NCBI RefSeq assembly: GCF_000150275.1
Contig: NW_002060953.1
Coordinates: 2,159,429 to 2,223,428, forward strand
From: Trichoplax adhaerens
Taxonomy: Eukaryota; Animalia; Placozoa
DNA: 64,000 nt
Direction: 5' to 3'
Part shown: piece after piece, positions 13,230 to 26,447 of the stretch
How positions within the stretch are numbered: position 1 is the stretch's first letter
How the letters are laid out: each line of letters opens with the position of its first letter
The notes under the pieces: generated by a model
Databases searched by the model: none
What the model saw: the letters and a program-made list of their open reading frames with translations, nothing else
What the model was told of the DNA's origin: nothing
Position numbers and translations under genes: made by a program

Positions 13230-16200
13230 TCATAGCGATGACTCCTGAGTGCCATTCCTTCGTTCTGCATCATGGATCGATATTTCGCTATTTTGAATCA
13301 ATGAGTCATGATCAATTGTCTAAATAAGAAGCAGACGAAAACATTAGTTCAATTTCATCAAGTCATTGGCGATATGTTACCAACGACGAAGCATTTGATC
13401 TCCATAGCAAGAATAGATCAAAGCAATTGAAAAAGTCATGGCAACAGAAAAACGTTGCAATGCTATTTTACCCTCTCTGCGGTCCCATATCGCCTGCTAA
13501 AAATACCACCAAACCATTGAAGCCGTGTACCCTCAACGGGAATAGTTGAGCTACGACAAAATAGGGGCAACATATACTTGTCTAGGGGTTAAGGTAAAGC
13601 AGACGCAATTGGTTGATAATAACCAACAATATCCTAGACACATTAATCGAAAGTGCAAGATAGGCAAATATAAGAATTGATAAACTATCAGCATTGGATA
13701 TTTTTTGTCGAATTGGACCCACGCATTTGCCAAAGCTGATAGATCAGGATTGGGTGAGGAAGCATTTGGATTATTGGGCGTTGATTTCACCGAAGTTTCC
13801 TTTAATGAATCTCATCGTTTAATCATCGTAGGAAATTTGCATCTCTATTCATTATCATCAAGGCATTAAGAATGGGAGTATTACCTGATTTTCTTCCATT
13901 TCATTTTCGCCAGTTCTATCATTAAAACATCAGCATAGTTTAGGTTAAATTCGATATACGTAACGGTACTTCAATTCACTTTCTTCTTCTATCCAATGAA
14001 TCTTACCGAATTTTAAGTAGCGATAGCATTTGCCCGGTGCCCCCACCATTGAAAATGACTGTGGCAAAGACAATCATTAATGTAGTGGTAAACATTAGCT
14101 GACGGCTTTCGCTCGATGTATTACGAATAGCCAAGGCAAATGCAATAGCGCCGCGTAATCCTATCGTCCAAAATGTAAAAGTAGTTAGTTATACAGGAAT
14201 TTTAAGTTTGTCCTAATACAACGATTAGTGCAACTAACAATTAAGATAAAGTTACCTGCAAATAACATCATATGCTGCAGATTGCAGCTGATTTTATTTT
14301 GTCGGACTCTGTTTAAAATAAAACTTAAAGGATAAATATTACAAAGGCGACCAGCAAAGATTGCAAGCTTGATATTTTGTTAAGGATCGCACAAGGTATT
14401 CTCTAATTTTAAAATGAGGCATTAGAGATTAAATATCAAATGGATAGCCTATAAGCATGGCATACACTATATCTCAAGGATACGAATGCAAAACTAATAA
14501 AACCAATATTCCAACGATGATAGGGAAAAACGAAAACTGAAAGTCCCATATAAGAGAATATGAACTTTTCGGCAATAAAGTTCAAAAGTTCAAAAAACTA
14601 CAAGAATCCAAAGAGATGATAAAAGAAAGCCAAAATTAGCATGACTAAATTCACTCACGAGCCAATCTTAAGAGAGAAAAAATATCAGGCAGAAGGTTCT
14701 ACCTGCTTGGTTCTTTTCTGCGATTCAAGAGATAGATTCTTATGTGTATAATGAGATTGGATAATTCCACAAAATAGGATCGCAACAATGCCTGAAAATG
14801 AATACGATGTTATAAAATCATAACATAATGATACATGGACGCAAAATATCAAGTTCTTCTTCTTGCTGCTATCAAGAATAGTAGATCTACCCGTCAGTTT
14901 CATTGCTTCTGCAACTAAAAAAGTAGAGTATGACATCATGGCGAAAATGGTGGTTTCAAGTAATGGATATTTCCCAATACGAGTTAGTTTGGTAAAGTGC
15001 ATCTTCGTTAAGGTCAATTACCGTATAAAGCCAACAAAATCGTGAATAACAAAAATTTTTAGCAATGAAAACACGAATATTGCTGTATCATTTATAGAGA
15101 AAGGATATCAAAGCCATTAATAATCCCATGATGCATCCAACAGCAAATGAACCCAAAAATATACCAAGAAAAACCCCAACCGACCGAAAAAAACCTGCAG
15201 CATTAAAAGTATCTACTCCTTCGGCAGAGTACGGTGAATAGGCCAAGATGGAACTACAGTATAAAAGTCATTTAAAAGTGGTCATATTCTAAAGGATGAT
15301 TCTTGACCAAATAGATGGTGAATAGTGAAGTCTAAGCACAGTGGTTACTTTCAACGCCAAGTCAATTCAGCATTTTAAATTAGGTAATACTCCCAAGCTT
15401 CGAGATACTAACCGATACAGAACGATAGCCACTGCATCATTTAAGACACTTTCGCCAAAAACCAGAACATATAGCTTAGAATCAACATGTAAATCGTGAA
15501 AAACTGCCAAGACGGTTACTGCAAAGACAAGATGCAATATTATTGTAGTTGTTTAATGTTGGAAATGGCATAGAAGGGATACAGTAAATTATAGCGACTT
15601 GAATTTAAAGTAATAAAGCAATTCGTATAACAGTGTAATGAGTGCACTCGTATATACCAGGATCAGTAGCAGAAATCATCGCACCAAAGAGTAGGCAATC
15701 GATGAAATCGAAGCCATTTATAACTTGAATTTTGGAAACGAAAGCATACATTATGCCACTGTGATATGAATCAAAAATCAAAATTAAATGGTACATCAAT
15801 AGCAACATAATCTCTACTGGCAATATACGTCATCAACCATAAGATGCCTTAACCTTTCATACTTTGAGTAAATTAATAGGTAGCAATATATGACATAAAC
15901 CGGATGATAGCTTAAGTAATAATCGTTTCTAACATTTTAATGTGCTAAATTTGCTCATAAGATATACTAGGATAGCAATCATGGGATGAGCTATCGTCAC
16001 GATAGAATCAAGATACAACACCAGCGACACAAATGTCTGCTGAAATTTTAAAATTCGAGCTCAAAATTTAAAGTAGCAGTTATTAATACTATATTGACTA
16101 CTGGATTGAATTGTTAGATACTTTCTAAAAGAGTGAATAAGGATCGTAGTAAAGGTACTTACTAGTAGTCAAAAGGCTTTTAGTATTTCTATCTATAATG

Positions 16201-18228
16201 AATGGCTAACTTACCCAATTACAAAGCAAGAAATGGTGGTGCCAATCACAGCAAACATCAGGATGGAACCAAAGTTGCTAAAAAAGTGTTTCTAAACCCG
16301 TAAAATCAACATCAATTTTATTTACAAATTTTAATTGTTGTATATCCATTTCTAAACTATCCTTTAGTTCATTGAAGTAAAACAAACAAAGCAGAAAAAA
16401 TGCACTATATCTTGATACTAGTTAATGCAGTAATACTTCAATTACAAATTTAGATTCTAAAAAATGTATTTCTAGAACACATAAAATTAACGTCAAGTAA
16501 ATTTATCAGTTTCAAGTGTTTGATATTCATTTTCAGTTATTCTTCATTTTATGCAGGTACAGAGTAGACCATTGGCAGGACCATGATTAGGATTTTGTAT
16601 TTAATTTATTTACGTTCTATTAACACATATCAGTATCTAGGATCTTAGCACTTAACTAGCGTAATAATACTTTAATTACAAATGCTAAATCATGAAGCTT
16701 CAATAACGATTTTGAAAGGATTCATTACACACAGTTAAAATAGTAGGTCCACTTACTTGTCTCAAATCATAACCAGCATAAAATATGATTGGAGGAAGGA
16801 GCACATAAAAAAATACTTCCGGATCGAAACCCACCTTCATCAATGAAAGAAAGATTAATGTTATCGTATATCTACATCGATACTGAAGCATGGCTGAGTA
16901 TTCTTATTCTAATACTGTTGCCCTTGATTCATCGACAGTAAAATATTAGGATTAGGTATAACTAATATATTATTTTTTAATACTGATCGATACAGAATAA
17001 GACATGATTCAGAAATTGAAGCATGACTGACAGTAAGTGCTTCACTACTTTTGGCCTTGATTCATTCCACTGAATCAATCAAGTTCTGCAAATTCACTTC
17101 AGTTCATTAAGTAATACAAATGAAATGATCATCAAGGCCAAACTTCGAGGTAAAACAATATTATACAGTTCAACTCTTTCGTCTACAGATATCTTTCGAA
17201 CTTACCCTATCAACGAGTTCTGATATCGGTAATTCGGGTGTTTCATTGCGGTAAGTTGCAGACAATTTGTAAGCATAGGTAATATTATTGTCTTGTACAT
17301 AAAATGTCGATGGGGTTGTTCTGTTTGTAATGTTGATTGGGAAAGTGTAGGCAATTGCAGTTTCACTTGGCATACTGGTATACCTGATTAATACTCCCAT
17401 CACTCCTCCTATCGTTATGCAAGTCAAAACAGAAACAGGACGCAGTCATATTGATACACATCAAGATGAAATGCTAAGAATATGCCGTATTTACTTCTAT
17501 AGTCTCACTCCTTAAAGTTGGAAGACTAGAGATTATTAACTAAGTAAGTCTTTTAAGTTTAGATCGTAGCTTTAGGCCTAAATTTCTTGACTTTCTGGTA
17601 GAAAGCTCCCAATGATGAAAGCTTCGCACATTAAGTACAGTACTTGTAAGAATAGACGTCTATATTTGAATTCGTTCATACTAACTCAATCCAAAATCTC
17701 GATAATCAAAGCAAGACAATAAAGAAAAACATTCTTGAATATAAAGTTTAGGAGTAAAGATTCTAACACCTTAAGATTACCATAGTTTATCAGTTTTATA
17801 AGCGATCGAAACGATGTTATGAAGAGACTTTTAAATCAAAATTTGGGGGGGGGGAGGAAATGAATTAGTGTCGTCATAATTACAAGTAACAAGTAAATAA
17901 ACTCCCTACTCCTTTTCTCACAAATGAATCTATACGCTATAAACTGCATGCTACAACTATACCCTGCAGTACATCAGTACTTACCGTAAAACATGGATAA
18001 CCCAGTTTCATGCAGAAATCGAACTTGTTTTACTTTTAATCGCCAAGCGGTTAAAGTAGTAAGCAAGGATAGAAAGAGTAAAACCATCAAAAGAATGCTA
18101 TATAGCTGATGTTGGTCTTCAACACGCTGCTCGATCGTGCCTTCATAATTTGTTGGTTTTTGAATTGAATAGGGTAATGCATTTAGCAGCACAACCAAAA
18201 TGACGGCGAAATGATAAAGATTTAACAT
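13230..18228 (-). CDS. Endosomal-type Na+/H+ exchanger, SLC9A6/7/9-like, paralog B (16 exons, apparently intact)
   Basis: Same exon structure as [58 protein letters not shown]; last exon 13319-13230 ends ...QESSL*. Confidence 0.9.
13578..13701 (-). other. U12-type intron 14 of NHE-B (AT-AA, weak 5' site)
   Basis: 5' ATATCCAA; branch TACCTTAAC; ...AGACAA|G TAT ATG TTG CCC. Confidence 0.75.
14368..14483 (-). other. U12-type intron 10 of NHE-B (GT-AG)
   Basis: 5' GTATCCTTG; branch ATCCTTAAC about 11 nt before the AAG| acceptor. Confidence 0.9.
14997..15108 (-). other. U12-type intron 7 of NHE-B (AT-AC)
   Basis: 5' ATATCCTTT; branch GACCTTAAC; ...GATGCAC|TTT ACC AAA CTA. Confidence 0.9.
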
Positions 18229-18723
18229 GATAGAAAAGAACGAAATGATGTCATTTATGATGAAAAGAAGTTTTTAAATATATTTCGAGAGGAAGAAAGC
18301 CTCTAGAATAGTCTGCTATAAAGTCTACACTCGTCCCTATACGCAGAATAATTTGATAATTACACCTGTACCAGGTAAGCTATATCATAAGTACATATAC
18401 ACGCTCTTTGGGCCAAAGAAATTGGCGGTAGGATGGAACAATCATGTGACTTAATCATTAAATAATAGAAAGCAAATGAAATAATGAGAAAGAATAGAAT
18501 GATATCATTTGTTACGAAAAGGAGACTTGCAGTGGATTCGGGAAGAAAGCCATCAGAATTCCCTGCTGGGTACTCTCTATATGTAGAATAATACGATAAT
18601 CGCAACTCTACCAGGTTAATAATGCGATAGCAGTATGCTTAGTTAAGGCAAATTGATTAGTAGAAGAAAGGAATAATTTTTTGATTCATTCAATAAAGAA
18701 TAGCATTGACGTAAACTTGATGG

Positions 18724-18809
18724 AATCCCATGGATTAACCTGTTCTTTACTTCATCTATTAGGAAGGTAGAGTAGATGGAGTAATATAAAGTTTATTCCC
18801 ATGGGGATT
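18724..18809. repeat. Imperfect fold-back inverted repeat (~38-bp arms, ~10-nt loop), MITE-like
   Basis: Left arm aatcccatggattaacctgttctttacttcatctatt versus reverse complement of right arm aatccccatgggaataaactttatattactccatctact. Confidence 0.6.
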
Positions 18810-20311
18810 GATTTACAATTGCACTCTATTTTAAGGCTGTCTATTCGCATTCAATTGCTGAAACGATAGACTACAATCAACGAATGGCTTTCTGAATGCG
18901 CTAGATTTCTCTAGCTGTCTAATAAGGTATGCTTCCTGCAGTGAATAAATTCAATTGTTCCAAGTATACTTAACGTTGCTTAATTACTTCTAGAATAGTA
19001 TTCGTACGTAAATAATTGATCCTTTGAATGAATTCAATCATAAAGACAATAATAATTACATGCAGAATTGAAGGCGTTAACAATGATCAAATGAAACTAA
19101 TTCTTTCTCAAATAGTTGATTTCTTGGCTCGTTGATGAAGACAACTTGATATTAAATTCACGTACGAGGAATGATGAGTATTCCATGCACGTTGAGCCAA
19201 TAGTGTATAAATACTTTATTGCTTCATCGAGTATATGTCTGTATGATGTATCTTCATCTGAGGAAGCACATCCTTTCAAAAGTCATTTAGCACATCTATT
19301 CCAATATTGATAGTTGCAATACTGTTACTAGAAAGGCAATTTTTAATATGTGCAGTACTATGAAATGGAAAAATTCCAGCATGAGGCAACTTAAAGAGTT
19401 AGTTTAATACTTATAATAATTATTGTTTATTTATTAATTAATTGATAATAAATTGAAATTATTCTATGAAGCTATATGGAGAGAATACCTGTCGACGACG
19501 ATTTATAATGTTTCTTCATGAATCAATTGTACTGCAGCTCGTACACGAAATGATCAAGACTTATAACTATTATTTTACATAGCATAGACTACTGGTAGTC
19601 CATATCCAAAAGAAGGGCACAATTGTATTCCCTGCCAAACGATTCCCTATTCTATGAAATTCCTTGATGGTTTGAAAATATCATAAGAAGATAACTCTAT
19701 TCTAATTAATATTCTAAATGATCAAGACCTACGCAAATCATACTACTTGCTAATGGCATGAGTATATTCTCCATCAATCATCGTTATTGCATGAAATTTT
19801 TCAATAGTCTTGAGGCATCACAAGGAGACATACTGTAAACTGCGGATACTGCGTTTTTAACATGGTCTTGATTATATAAGGTATACTCTTTAACGGACAA
19901 AGTTTAGCAACTGACATACATTTGATAAGAGATTAATGTGATTATAATGAGAACGTAATTAATGATTAGTTTCTAAATGCAGTAATGTAAATGAAAGATC
20001 AATTTATCGTACTTTAGAGATGATAGATGGTTTTTAAACTACTGCCAGGATTAACAGACGGTCACATGCCGTTATTACTCATTAGTAGTTGGCAGAGCGG
20101 AGTAAAGATTCTCGTTTTACTGCAAAAACCAGAAAGGTAGATATCACCTCAGTCTGGACTGTAAGTAGCAAGGCATAAAAATGGAATACTCTACGAGAAT
20201 TCTATATATAATGCTTTTCTAATTTCATTTCAATGCAATACTAGAGCCATACAGTAAAAATTTGTATAAAAAAGGCAAATCTTGTTAGCAATCATTCATG
20301 AATAGAATAGA

Positions 20312-21950
20312 CTAGTGCAAACTCCCGTCGCTTTGCTGACGGTTTACGATAATGTGCCATTTAACAGATAGTATTACCATTTGATAGACCTGTCAGAGGT
20401 TCAGTAACTTTTTACCGTTATCCGTGTACTGTATGCTGTACAAAAGTACAGTACTGTTAATTGTACGGGCGGGGCATTTGATAACGTTCCCATTTGTTAA
20501 TAATTAATAGTTAGTATTACCATTCGACATTATATATATCCCGGTAATAGCCGGGCACTACTATATTCACAGCTATGCTTGTAGAATACTACTTTTCAAT
20601 AATGCATTCACGGATGAAACCTTATTACAGTCTTTGATAGTAATTCGGCGATTATAATATCTGCTCTACATATCCTAATGTGAAGAATAATGCTACTGGA
20701 CAGATTAAAATTATATTAACCATTGCTGAGTAGTAATATTATGATTGAACACTCATTTGCAAGTTTACTTTGCATAATTTGACAACATTTTATTAACATC
20801 CGATTACTCTATAATGCTGATTAGAATATTATACATGTATTGCAAAGGAACAATAAAAGTAATATGGCAATTACTCCCTTACATATAACAAATTCATAAT
20901 GCAATAAAATTTATTTACTTTACGTTCGGAATTAAAGCATTACATTTTGTGGCTGCAAAATGTGTTATATAAACTGATATTTGCCTAGACGCTTTATCCT
21001 AAGTATAGTATTATAATCACTAATTCAATGTAGAGCTTCCTTATAAACTACATTACGTGTCACTCGGCATATGCCATTATTGTAACCTGGCAAGTTACTG
21101 TTAACTCTATTATGGAGTAAGGAATTAATTTCCGTTCGATCAATAAACACCTTTAAATCGCGAGGATTTCCAACGCGGCTTATGGCTACATATAGCTGGC
21201 CGTGAGTAAAAACACTGGTAGGCAAAAGTACTCCACATCGATTAAAAGTTTGCCCTTGACTTTTGTTAATACTCATAGCAAATACTGGGCGTATAGGAAA
21301 TTGCCGACGTATTAACTGAAATGGAAGATCAGTGTCAGATGGGGAAATATTAATACGTGGTATTAAAATGATAGAGCCGGCATGTTCTCCACCAAGTATA
21401 CGCGCCACCAACAGTCTTTCAGTAATAGAGGTCAACATGTATCGCGTTCCATTACAATGCCCATTACATGGATCTAGATTACGTAATAACATAATAGGAG
21501 CATTTACTTTTAATGACATTTGATGTGGTGGCAGTCCAGATAAATTTAAAAAATTTAAAAATTCTTGCGGATAAAGACTGGCTTGATCTTCATTGGACAC
21601 GGAATCTATGCTACTAATGATCACCTCTTCGCCAGGCAAACGTTCCATAATTTCATCATTTAATGCGTCCACCACACTATTTTGGGGGTTTAATATTACT
21701 CTAGCAGAAAGCCAAAACTAGGATAATATTTAGTTGATATTGCCGTCTAGTAAATCATGCAATTTTCCAGCCACTGAACTTGCGATAACGATTGATGCAC
21801 TAAATACCAGCTCTATGACGGCGAGTATTCCGCAACCAATTTAGAGCTGAAAATATGTTTATGCTCTTCATCGCCGTTGTTGCCACTCTCACCCCTGTGC
21901 TTATTTTCCTAGCTGTATTTCTACGCATACTCGCCATAAGTTTACATTTA
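20312..21950 (-). mobile_element. 5'-truncated Helitron remnant with an intact 3' terminus
   Basis: Pif1-helicase C-terminal coding sequence, followed ~700 bp downstream by hairpin CCGTC(A)GC-AAA-GCGACGG, 9 nt, then CTAG|T at 20315-20311 (canonical Helitron end). 5' boundary is approximate. Confidence 0.85.
21025..21720 (-). pseudogene. Helitron Rep/Hel Pif1-family helicase C-terminal fragment, intronless
   Basis: SGLPPHQMSLKVNAPIMLLRNL, GHCNGTR, RRQFPIRPVFAMSINKSQGQT, VFTHGQLYVAISRV, TRNVVYKEAL. The upstream WLSARVII segment is frameshifted and further upstream sequence has stops; no Rep domain seen. Confidence 0.9.
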
Positions 21951-22123
21951 ATTCAGTCGAAAGAGGAGAAATCATTGGCTAAAATTTCTCATTACGTAGA
22001 CTGATTCCTAGGTGCCAATTAGCATAATATCCTACTTTTGAGTATAAAAAACCACGATCAAATTTCATATTGAATTATTATTCGATACAATTAATGTATT
22101 ACCTGATAACTCATCTATAAATT

Positions 22124-25100
22124 ATGGAGGAATTCCGGAATTGCCAAGATTGGGCGAGCATTTTGGTGGTCTTGATGACGATATTACCTATCACACAAGC
22201 TAAAGTAGATCATGAAGGGATGACCGAAATTCGTGTTGAAAATCTCCATCGCATGTACAGTGTGACCTTACTGATTTTACTCTTTCTACTCTTGGTAACA
22301 GTGATCACTGCTTGGCAATTTAAAGCAAGGCGTATGCGATTTTTACATGAAACTGGACTAGCTATGATCTATGGTAAGTCTAATGGAAGGAATGAGGAAT
22401 AACTTGACTCTCATTTCATCCGTAAATTACCATTTCCTACTAGTTGTACCCAATTACTTTAAATCCTTGTACTTGCTAGCGAGGTAAACAATTAAATCTT
22501 CCCTAATACTTAGCATAGCCGTGGATTACTAGGCAGAGTATTTAGTAGTCCTTAGCACAACTTACTGTATAAACCTCGTTCATAAATAGTAGCAGTTGTG
22601 TTTAGCTCGAAATCCTAACGGTAAAACTGAACAAAGCCCAGTATGTACAAACAATAATTACATAATTAATTCTCATCGTAAAACTAGATATCGCTATTGT
22701 TCTGCTGATTCAATGATAATGTGATCATTAAAAAACAATATTATCTGCATTTGCAGGAGTAATCATGGGAGCAATTATTAAATACTCTACACAACCTGAT
22801 CAGCAGGATTATCCCATACAGTGCTCTTTGAATAAGACTAACGGTAGTCTTCCGTTGCTGCTGTCTGCAAGCCTTGAAAATGTCAGCTACTCCTATCAAT
22901 TGCTGGCTATACATGACCGAGAAAGCCCTGCTACAGCAGAATCCCCATTAGTTGAAACGGTAAGGAAGATTGCAATATCAGCAATAATGGAATAGCAATC
23001 ATTCAAACCATGATACAGTCAGCTCAGTAACTCTACTTCTATTCTATGTAAGATAGGATTTATGACAAGTAATTTCAGCAAGTAATTTTATCCGAATTAG
23101 TTAATGTTCGATCTAGAAATACTTCTTAATATTTTATTTCTCGAGCTTTCTATATGAGATGTGATTTATGAGAAGTAGTATACAGCAGTTTAAGGCCGTT
23201 ATTTTAATTGAAATAGTGTAATCTCCGACCTAGCGATCTTCTTCAATGTTTTACTTTCTCTACCATTATTCAATACCAAATATGACTTACTAAAAGTGAA
23301 ATACAGTAATTATAACATGCTCTTTCTGTCCAAATAGATGATTTTTGATCCAGAAATATTTTTCTATGTTTTGCTTCCTCCGGTTATCTTTTACGCTGGA
23401 TACAATTTACGACATGTAAGTATTTAAACTCTACATTTTATGGATATTATGATAATACTAGGTCTTTTAGCTACAGTGAATAATGAGAGCTATCATTTCT
23501 GCTATAGAAGCAAAAAATAGCAGCCTTAACCAGAGTTCTGTAGCAAAATTTTTTACTGCCCTTTATTATTATTAGAGGCATTTCTTTAGTAACTTTGCGT
23601 CAATCCTTTTATACGCAATGCTTGGAACCATTATTTCCTGTTTTACGATTGGGTAAGTTTTACTCTGTGCCTAAGTATAGAATTATGTGACTTGCCTAAA
23701 TGCCTACCACCTTAAACTTACTATAAACTGGCTCAGAAGTAGATTTTTCGGTTTGTTGTTGAATTTAAGAATCAGAAAAAAACATATTTACTGCAATAAT
23801 ATCCCAGCACATAACTTCAGAATTTCGTTGTATTAGTGAAAGTTTATATGAACGATACATAAATCTATCTATCGAAAGTTTTGATATTCTAACATTAGTT
23901 TCCATTACTTTATGTGGCAAGTGCTATCATGTACCTATTTGTTTCAAACATTCAACCTATCGGCGACTTTGGTTTCATCGACTGTCTGATATTTGGAGCT
24001 ATGATTTCTGCTACGGATCCTGGTATAGCACTAGCCTAGTGGATTTTAAAATTACAGGATTGAAATATAGTAAGTACCGTAATATCTAATCGTGATGTGC
24101 TTTAATTTTAGTAACTGTTTTGGCAATATTTCACGATTTACACGTTGATTCAAAACTCTACGCTCTGGTTTTTGGCGAAAGTGTCCTAAATGATGCCGTG
24201 GCTATTGTACTGTATAGGTATGTACAATAGCTTCTAGGAAAATAGTAAACAAGAACTTCTTTGATTAATTAAGTACTGAAATGCCAGACCATAAGTAGCA
24301 CTATAAGGCGAAATAAAGTTGTAAATTCCATTTTAGCTCGATCTTGATTTATTCACCGTACTCGCTGCATAGTGAAAGTGGATTTCATGTTGGTGCCTTG
24401 TTTCGATCTATTGCTGGCTTTCTCGGCATATTCGCTGGCTCTTTTTCCTTGGGCTGCTTACTCGGATTAACGACAGCATTAATATCTTATTGATAGTAAT
24501 ATAAGACATAAAATACCTCTGCTAGACTATATAAGTGATACAGTACTGTACGATGTACGATATTATCAATCACAAAGAAACTAACAAACCCTGCTCTTAT
24601 TTCCTGATGAAAAATCGTTGATGCAATTTTTACCATTTAATCAGTACCGTTTGTCACATTTTTGTTAAAAGTTTTATTTAACTCTGTATTAGAATTGTTG
24701 CAATATCGCAGCAAGATATTGCATAGCTGTAACAAACGTTCATTCATAACGTATTTTACAAAATTATTTTATTATACATGTGAATAGTCTGGGATTGTAG
24801 TGATTAGATAAATATATTTCGTGAATCGCTCACGATAATGTTCTTTGTTTGATCCTTAATAACTCTGTAAATCTCTAAGTTGACAAGAATCCGAGAATTT
24901 CCATTATTAGAGACTGCGGTATTTATTATCTTCTCCTATTCGGCATTTCTCATCGCTGAAGCTCTCCGTTTAACGGGTATTGTATCCTATGCCGGCAGCA
25001 TCTCCTTATATATTTATGTATATATATTCTATACATTATAGATATTTTAAATCGAACCTTTTTACAATGTTCTCTATACTTTCTGCTTCTTTAGGTATTG

Positions 25101-26447
25101 TAACTATATTGTTTTGTGGAATAACTCAATCCCACTTTACTTATAAAAATTTATCCGATGAATCCCAGAAAAGAACAAAACAGGTTTATATTTGTTATTT
25201 TTACCTAAGAAGTGACCGTATCTATACTACCGATGAAACTAAATTTCAAAACATTGACGAAAACCACTTCTAGGCCTTTGAAATTATTAATTTCCTCGCA
25301 GAAAATTTCATATTCTCTTATATGGGCCTTTCATTTTTTGTTTTCCCATACCATCGTTGGTATTTTGGATTTATAGCTTTTTCATTTGTATCTTTATGAA
25401 GAATTTGATAATGCTTTTAAAACTAGTGTAAAAATATCTGTATTTATCGGAACTATTCAAGCCCTCAACGTATTACCTAGATAGCCATTTTTGTAGGTCG
25501 GTTATGCAATATATATCCTCTCAGTTTCATCTTAAATCGGACTCGTCGAAATAAGATCAGCTACAATATACAGCATATGATGGTTTTTGCAGGTATAATG
25601 GCATTTGGATCGTCTCCTGTTATAGCTATGATATCAATATGAAACATAATAAAATGTGACGAATTAATTATATTTGTGGTAGGTCTACGCGGTGCTATAG
25701 CATTCGCTTTGGCTATTCGTAATACCTCTAGCGAAAGCCGGCAATTAATGTTTACTACAACATTAATGATTGTATTTGTTACGGTTTTGTTTAATGGAGG
25801 TACAACAACTCTAATGCTGCGGTGGTTGAGAATAGAGTAAGTTTTGTAAATTGCAGTCTAGAAGATTCATTTATATCAATTACACTCTTCATTATTAACT
25901 CCTATTAGTCTTGCTGGATCTGAAGATGAAAGGGATCAGGTATCAATAATGAATAAATCTAGAAAAGAATTTCAAGAATACTGTACTGAAATTATTACGC
26001 TAAACAGTATCTCTCGTAAGTTAAGCATAATGTAAATTGATCATTATAGGCTGAAACTGCGCCAGAAACTGCGCCAGAAACTGAGAATCCCAATGCTTCA
26101 GTATCATCCAAAGATGGAAATCGCTCATTATTGGCTAGATCATTTATAAATTTCGATAAAAAATATCCTAATTTTATTTCCTTGATATCGTGTTACGTAG
26201 CAATTGTTTATTAAAGCTCCATGGGAGAGATGATATTCGAATTTTGCATTAAACTACTAACGCTCTTGCCAATCTTTTGATAAACTGAGTTGAATTCCTT
26301 AATCCATAGCTCAAGTATCTGTCTCCAATATTTGTTCATAGCTCTAAAAATCCTTTTGAAGGTACTCGATTTCAACGTTGGGGTAACTGTTTTAAGACAA
26401 TGGATGAAGAAGATCGGGATAATTTGGTGGAAATGGCTAGTGCATAA
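22124..26447 (+). CDS. Endosomal-type Na+/H+ exchanger, SLC9A6/7/9-like, paralog C (15 exons, short tail)
   Basis: Exons 22124-22373, 22757-22959, 23338-23415, 23576-23652, 23922-24022, 24112-24217, 24337-24481, 24871-24976, 25095-25183, 25274-25387, 25481-25592, 25683-25836, 25909-25939, 26050-26162, 26315-26447. SATDP and GESVLNDA are intact. Confidence 0.9.
23101..23295 (+). pseudogene. Two decayed tandem copies of NHE exon 3 inside intron 2 of paralog C
   Basis: 23101ff reads [14 protein letters not shown]...* and 23217-23295 reads [26 protein letters not shown]|gt, versus the functional exon [26 protein letters not shown]|gt. Confidence 0.7.
24482..24870 (+). other. U12-type intron 7 of NHE-C (AT-AA)
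   Basis: 5' ATATCTTA; branch ATCCTTAAT; ...CTCTGTAA|ATC TCT AAG TTG ACA (ISKLT). Confidence 0.78.
25388..25480 (+). other. U12-type intron 10 of NHE-C (GT-AG, degenerate signals)
   Basis: 5' GTATCTTT; branch-like GCCCTCAAC 11 nt before the intron end. Confidence 0.7.
26163..26314 (+). other. U12-type intron 14 of NHE-C (AT-AA)
   Basis: 5' ATATCCTAA; branch TTCCTTAAT; ...GCTCAA|G TAT CTG TCT CCA. Confidence 0.8.

Noticed and set aside
18724-18809. Pre-miRNA interpretation of the hairpin
   Set aside because: Cannot be supported without small-RNA data; a fold-back transposon relic is the simpler explanation
21025-21675. Cellular PIF1 gene
   Set aside because: Intronless in an intron-rich genome, disrupted at its 5' side, and followed by a Helitron hairpin-CTAG end
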